From positions 5,101,421 to 5,165,420 of the forward strand of contig CAVNZM010000011.1 in NCBI GenBank assembly GCA_963693365.1: DNA of 64,000 bases, read 5' to 3'. The position numbers were made by a program, and so were the translations under genes. The notes under the pieces are model-generated. The model ran no database searches, had not been told where the DNA came from, and saw only the letters and a list, made by a program, of their open reading frames with translations. Source of the stretch: Amoebidium appalachense (taxonomy: Eukaryota; Protista; Ichthyosporea). Shown one piece after another: positions 62,038 through 64,000 of the stretch (the stretch's first letter is position 1; every line of letters starts with the position of its first letter).

Positions 62038-64000
62038 TTACTGCCCGGGTGGCCTGTAATGCCTGAGCTGTCTCCTTTGCCTTTTGGTGGTCCTCAGGGC
62101 ATGCGTTGTTCCAGACCGCGTCCACCGGGTATTGCCAGCCGGTCCTAATGGCAAGTCTTCAACCACCGGTCTAACCGGCGACTCCACACCTGTAAACTGA
62201 AAAACCCCTGCATCGTGCAATCCCTGGACCCCTGCGGCGATGATGAGCATCCTCGCAAATATGGGGTCGCCGTCTGCCGCCGCCAATGGATCCCCCCGGG
62301 GTTCTGCCCCAGAAAGGAGTATGATGGCTGCTGTTTCGCTGGGGTAGGCATCAAACCGTCCCGTCCAATCATTAGTGTGGTTGTGGAAGCGATCCGGGAG
62401 CAAGCCGTTGATCGCCCTGTACATTCTCTCTACGTATGCCTCTAACTCCGCGGTCGACGGGGCCGGTCTGAAATTTGCGCGCAGGGCTTCTAGGCGTCTA
62501 AGTTTCGTGTACCTGATCCACTTCTGCAGCGCGTTGTAAACCCCTTCTGGGATCCTCATGTCCTCTTCATCCATGGGAGAAATCGTCCGGGTGAGCCAGT
62601 CTGACAGGTCCAATGGAGACGGCAACCTGTGGAACAGCATCCGTGGCGGCGGTGGGTGGTACACCCCGTTCGGCTGTCTCGCCAGCCAGTCAAGAACCTG
62701 CCTCACGGCTTCGATCCTGGTCTCGGGTTGTGCAATCTGTACCGCAGCCCTCAGGTCGCGGAGCTCGTCGGAAAGGGTGTCGGGTGCATTGTTGTCTGGT
62801 GGCTGCACCTCCGGGTCGTCATCAGGGACCACAAACGCGCGGTCCTCCTCGTCCTCTTCGTCTTTAGCGTCTGCCTCTTCTGCGTCCAAATCTGCCTTCA
62901 GCATTTTGCCCAAATCTTCTTTCATTTGACGTCGTCTGGCGATCTCGAGCGCACCGCGCGCGAACAACTCAAACTTGTCAACAAGCTCCCACTTGTGCTC
63001 ATAACAAAGCCGATTCGCCTGGTGCGGAGAGTCAGCGGTCAACGTAGCGAATAGTTTGACAAGGCCTTGTGCGGTCCATTCGAAAATGTTCGCATCATCT
63101 TCATCGCCCTCCGCGTGCGAAAGATCCATGGCAGACCCGGACACCGGTGCAGTGCTACCAGATGGAGCCTGGGGCATCGAATCCGAATCCGGGGCTTCGG
63201 GTTCTACAGCCATTTCGACATCGCCATTGTGGGGACGTTGTTGCATGTTTGGAATGACGCCACCGTGGCTTGCTATCATCTCGTTGAGAGCCAACTGGAA
63301 GATTCCGACATATTTGCCGCCAATACTGGTGGCGCGTTTCATAAGTTTCTTCCGGACTTCCTCCACCACAGCTTCGTCTAGCATTTCAGTTTCGACGGCC
63401 CTTTCCCATGCTTCGTTATCACCCATTGGTATATTACGTATCCGTGCCGCGGCGTACGAGGGAAACAACTCATCTGCGTACCTGAATATGTACTCTCTCT
63501 TGGTGAGCCCCTCGGACATGTACAGAGCTGTTTCCAGGCGCTTGAGACGATTGGCCCTGCGAGCAGCCCTGCACCACAGCGCGTCTGTGATCTGGGCGCG
63601 GATTTCCGGATCATCCATAATATTTTGAATGGCATTCTCGTCCCCATTGCGCTTGGCCGCCTTTACCTCTTCGCGCACGGCGGGGCTCACCAGATCTTCC
63701 AGATTTTCGCGTATGTAGGGGTCGCGGTTCTCAGGCTCCCCGCCCCACAAGGTTGACACCTTTCGCACCATCCCAGACTCGGAGAGTGCCTGGCGGGCCA
63801 CGCGCATGAACACCAGCGTTTCAATTATTAGGTCTTCCATCCCCCGTCCTTCGGGCATTTCCAGGCCCTGCTGTTGCAGGCGCTCAATCGCCCGCTGCAC
63901 CGTGCCGTTGTCCACGGCCTCCTGAACCGCGCGCTTGTTCGGCCACCAGTTTCTACCTGTCCGGAGCGCACTTATGTCTGCCGGGTCGGCGCAGAACCAG
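62038..64000 (-). CDS. Large acidic, probably helical hypothetical protein (start probably beyond the window)
   Basis: At least 625 codons open and intronless; no family recognised. Confidence 0.7.
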   Translation of the reverse strand, partial: WFCADPADISALRTGRNWWPNKRAVQEAVDNGTVQRAIERLQQQGLEMPEGRGMEDLIIETLVFMRVARQALSESGMVRKVSTLWGGEPENRDPYIRENLEDLVSPAVREEVKAAKRNGDENAIQNIMDDPEIRAQITDALWCRAARRANRLKRLETALYMSEGLTKREYIFRYADELFPSYAAARIRNIPMGDNEAWERAVETEMLDEAVVEEVRKKLMKRATSIGGKYVGIFQLALNEMIASHGGVIPNMQQRPHNGDVEMAVEPEAPDSDSMPQAPSGSTAPVSGSAMDLSHAEGDEDDANIFEWTAQGLVKLFATLTADSPHQANRLCYEHKWELVDKFELFARGALEIARRRQMKEDLGKMLKADLDAEEADAKDEEDEEDRAFVVPDDDPEVQPPDNNAPDTLSDELRDLRAAVQIAQPETRIEAVRQVLDWLARQPNGVYHPPPPRMLFHRLPSPLDLSDWLTRTISPMDEEDMRIPEGVYNALQKWIRYTKLRRLEALRANFRPAPSTAELEAYVERMYRAINGLLPDRFHNHTNDWTGRFDAYPSETAAIILLSGAEPRGDPLAAADGDPIFARMLIIAAGVQGLHDAGVFQFTGVESPVRPVVEDLPLGPAGNTRWTRSGTTHALRTTKRQRRQLRHYRPPGQ

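Larger units (their letters stand above)
21094..64000. mobile_element. Giant endogenous viral element (Nucleocytoviricota-like); left boundary approximate, continues off the right edge
   Basis: Switch to compact intronless ORFs on both strands. Content includes an A22-like RuvC, D5-like SF3 helicase, penton-like protein, KilA-N/Bro-N and T5orf172 expansions, CoiA-like nuclease, Fanzor2 and shared promoter motifs. Assignment is strong from ~35 kb onward and weaker for 21-35 kb. Confidence 0.8.

Noticed and set aside
37500-64000. Polinton/Maverick or virophage identity
   Set aside because: No protein-primed PolB, integrase or packaging ATPase is visible, the region exceeds typical Polinton size, and A22-like RuvC points to Nucleocytoviricota.

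Overview
Eukaryotic nuclear DNA spanning a junction between host genes and what looks like an integrated large DNA virus (giant endogenous viral element, GEVE). About 1-20.6 kb is host-like: spliced genes whose introns are full of poly-C/poly-G and (CA)n tracts, namely a 9-exon PIG-U (GPI transamidase subunit) on + and the 5' part of a probable RNF216-like ubiquitin ligase on -. At 21,094-21,437 there is a GC-rich palindrome with ~161-bp arms. It is followed by a minisatellite-rich zone (21.5-37.5 kb) holding small virus-like ORFs, an intron-containing KDM4-like JmjN/JmjC demethylase gene and a foldback-like repeat element. From ~37.5 kb to the window end the DNA is gene-dense and intronless with Nucleocytoviricota-type content: PD-(D/E)xK and CoiA-like nucleases, a C2H2 zinc-finger protein, an SF3 (D5-like) helicase with an unexpected HUH/Rep-like N-terminus next to iteron-like repeats, several Bro-N/KilA-N and GIY-YIG proteins, two paralogous putative cysteine proteases, a decayed Fanzor2/TnpB with a structured 3' flank, an A22-like RuvC resolvase, a penton-like protein and small secreted/membrane proteins. 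Many single frameshifts fall in homopolymer runs and may be assembly errors. All protein calls come from motif recognition by eye; no database searches were run. The overall picture resembles GEVEs reported in ichthyosporeans such as Amoebidium, but the host identity is an inference.
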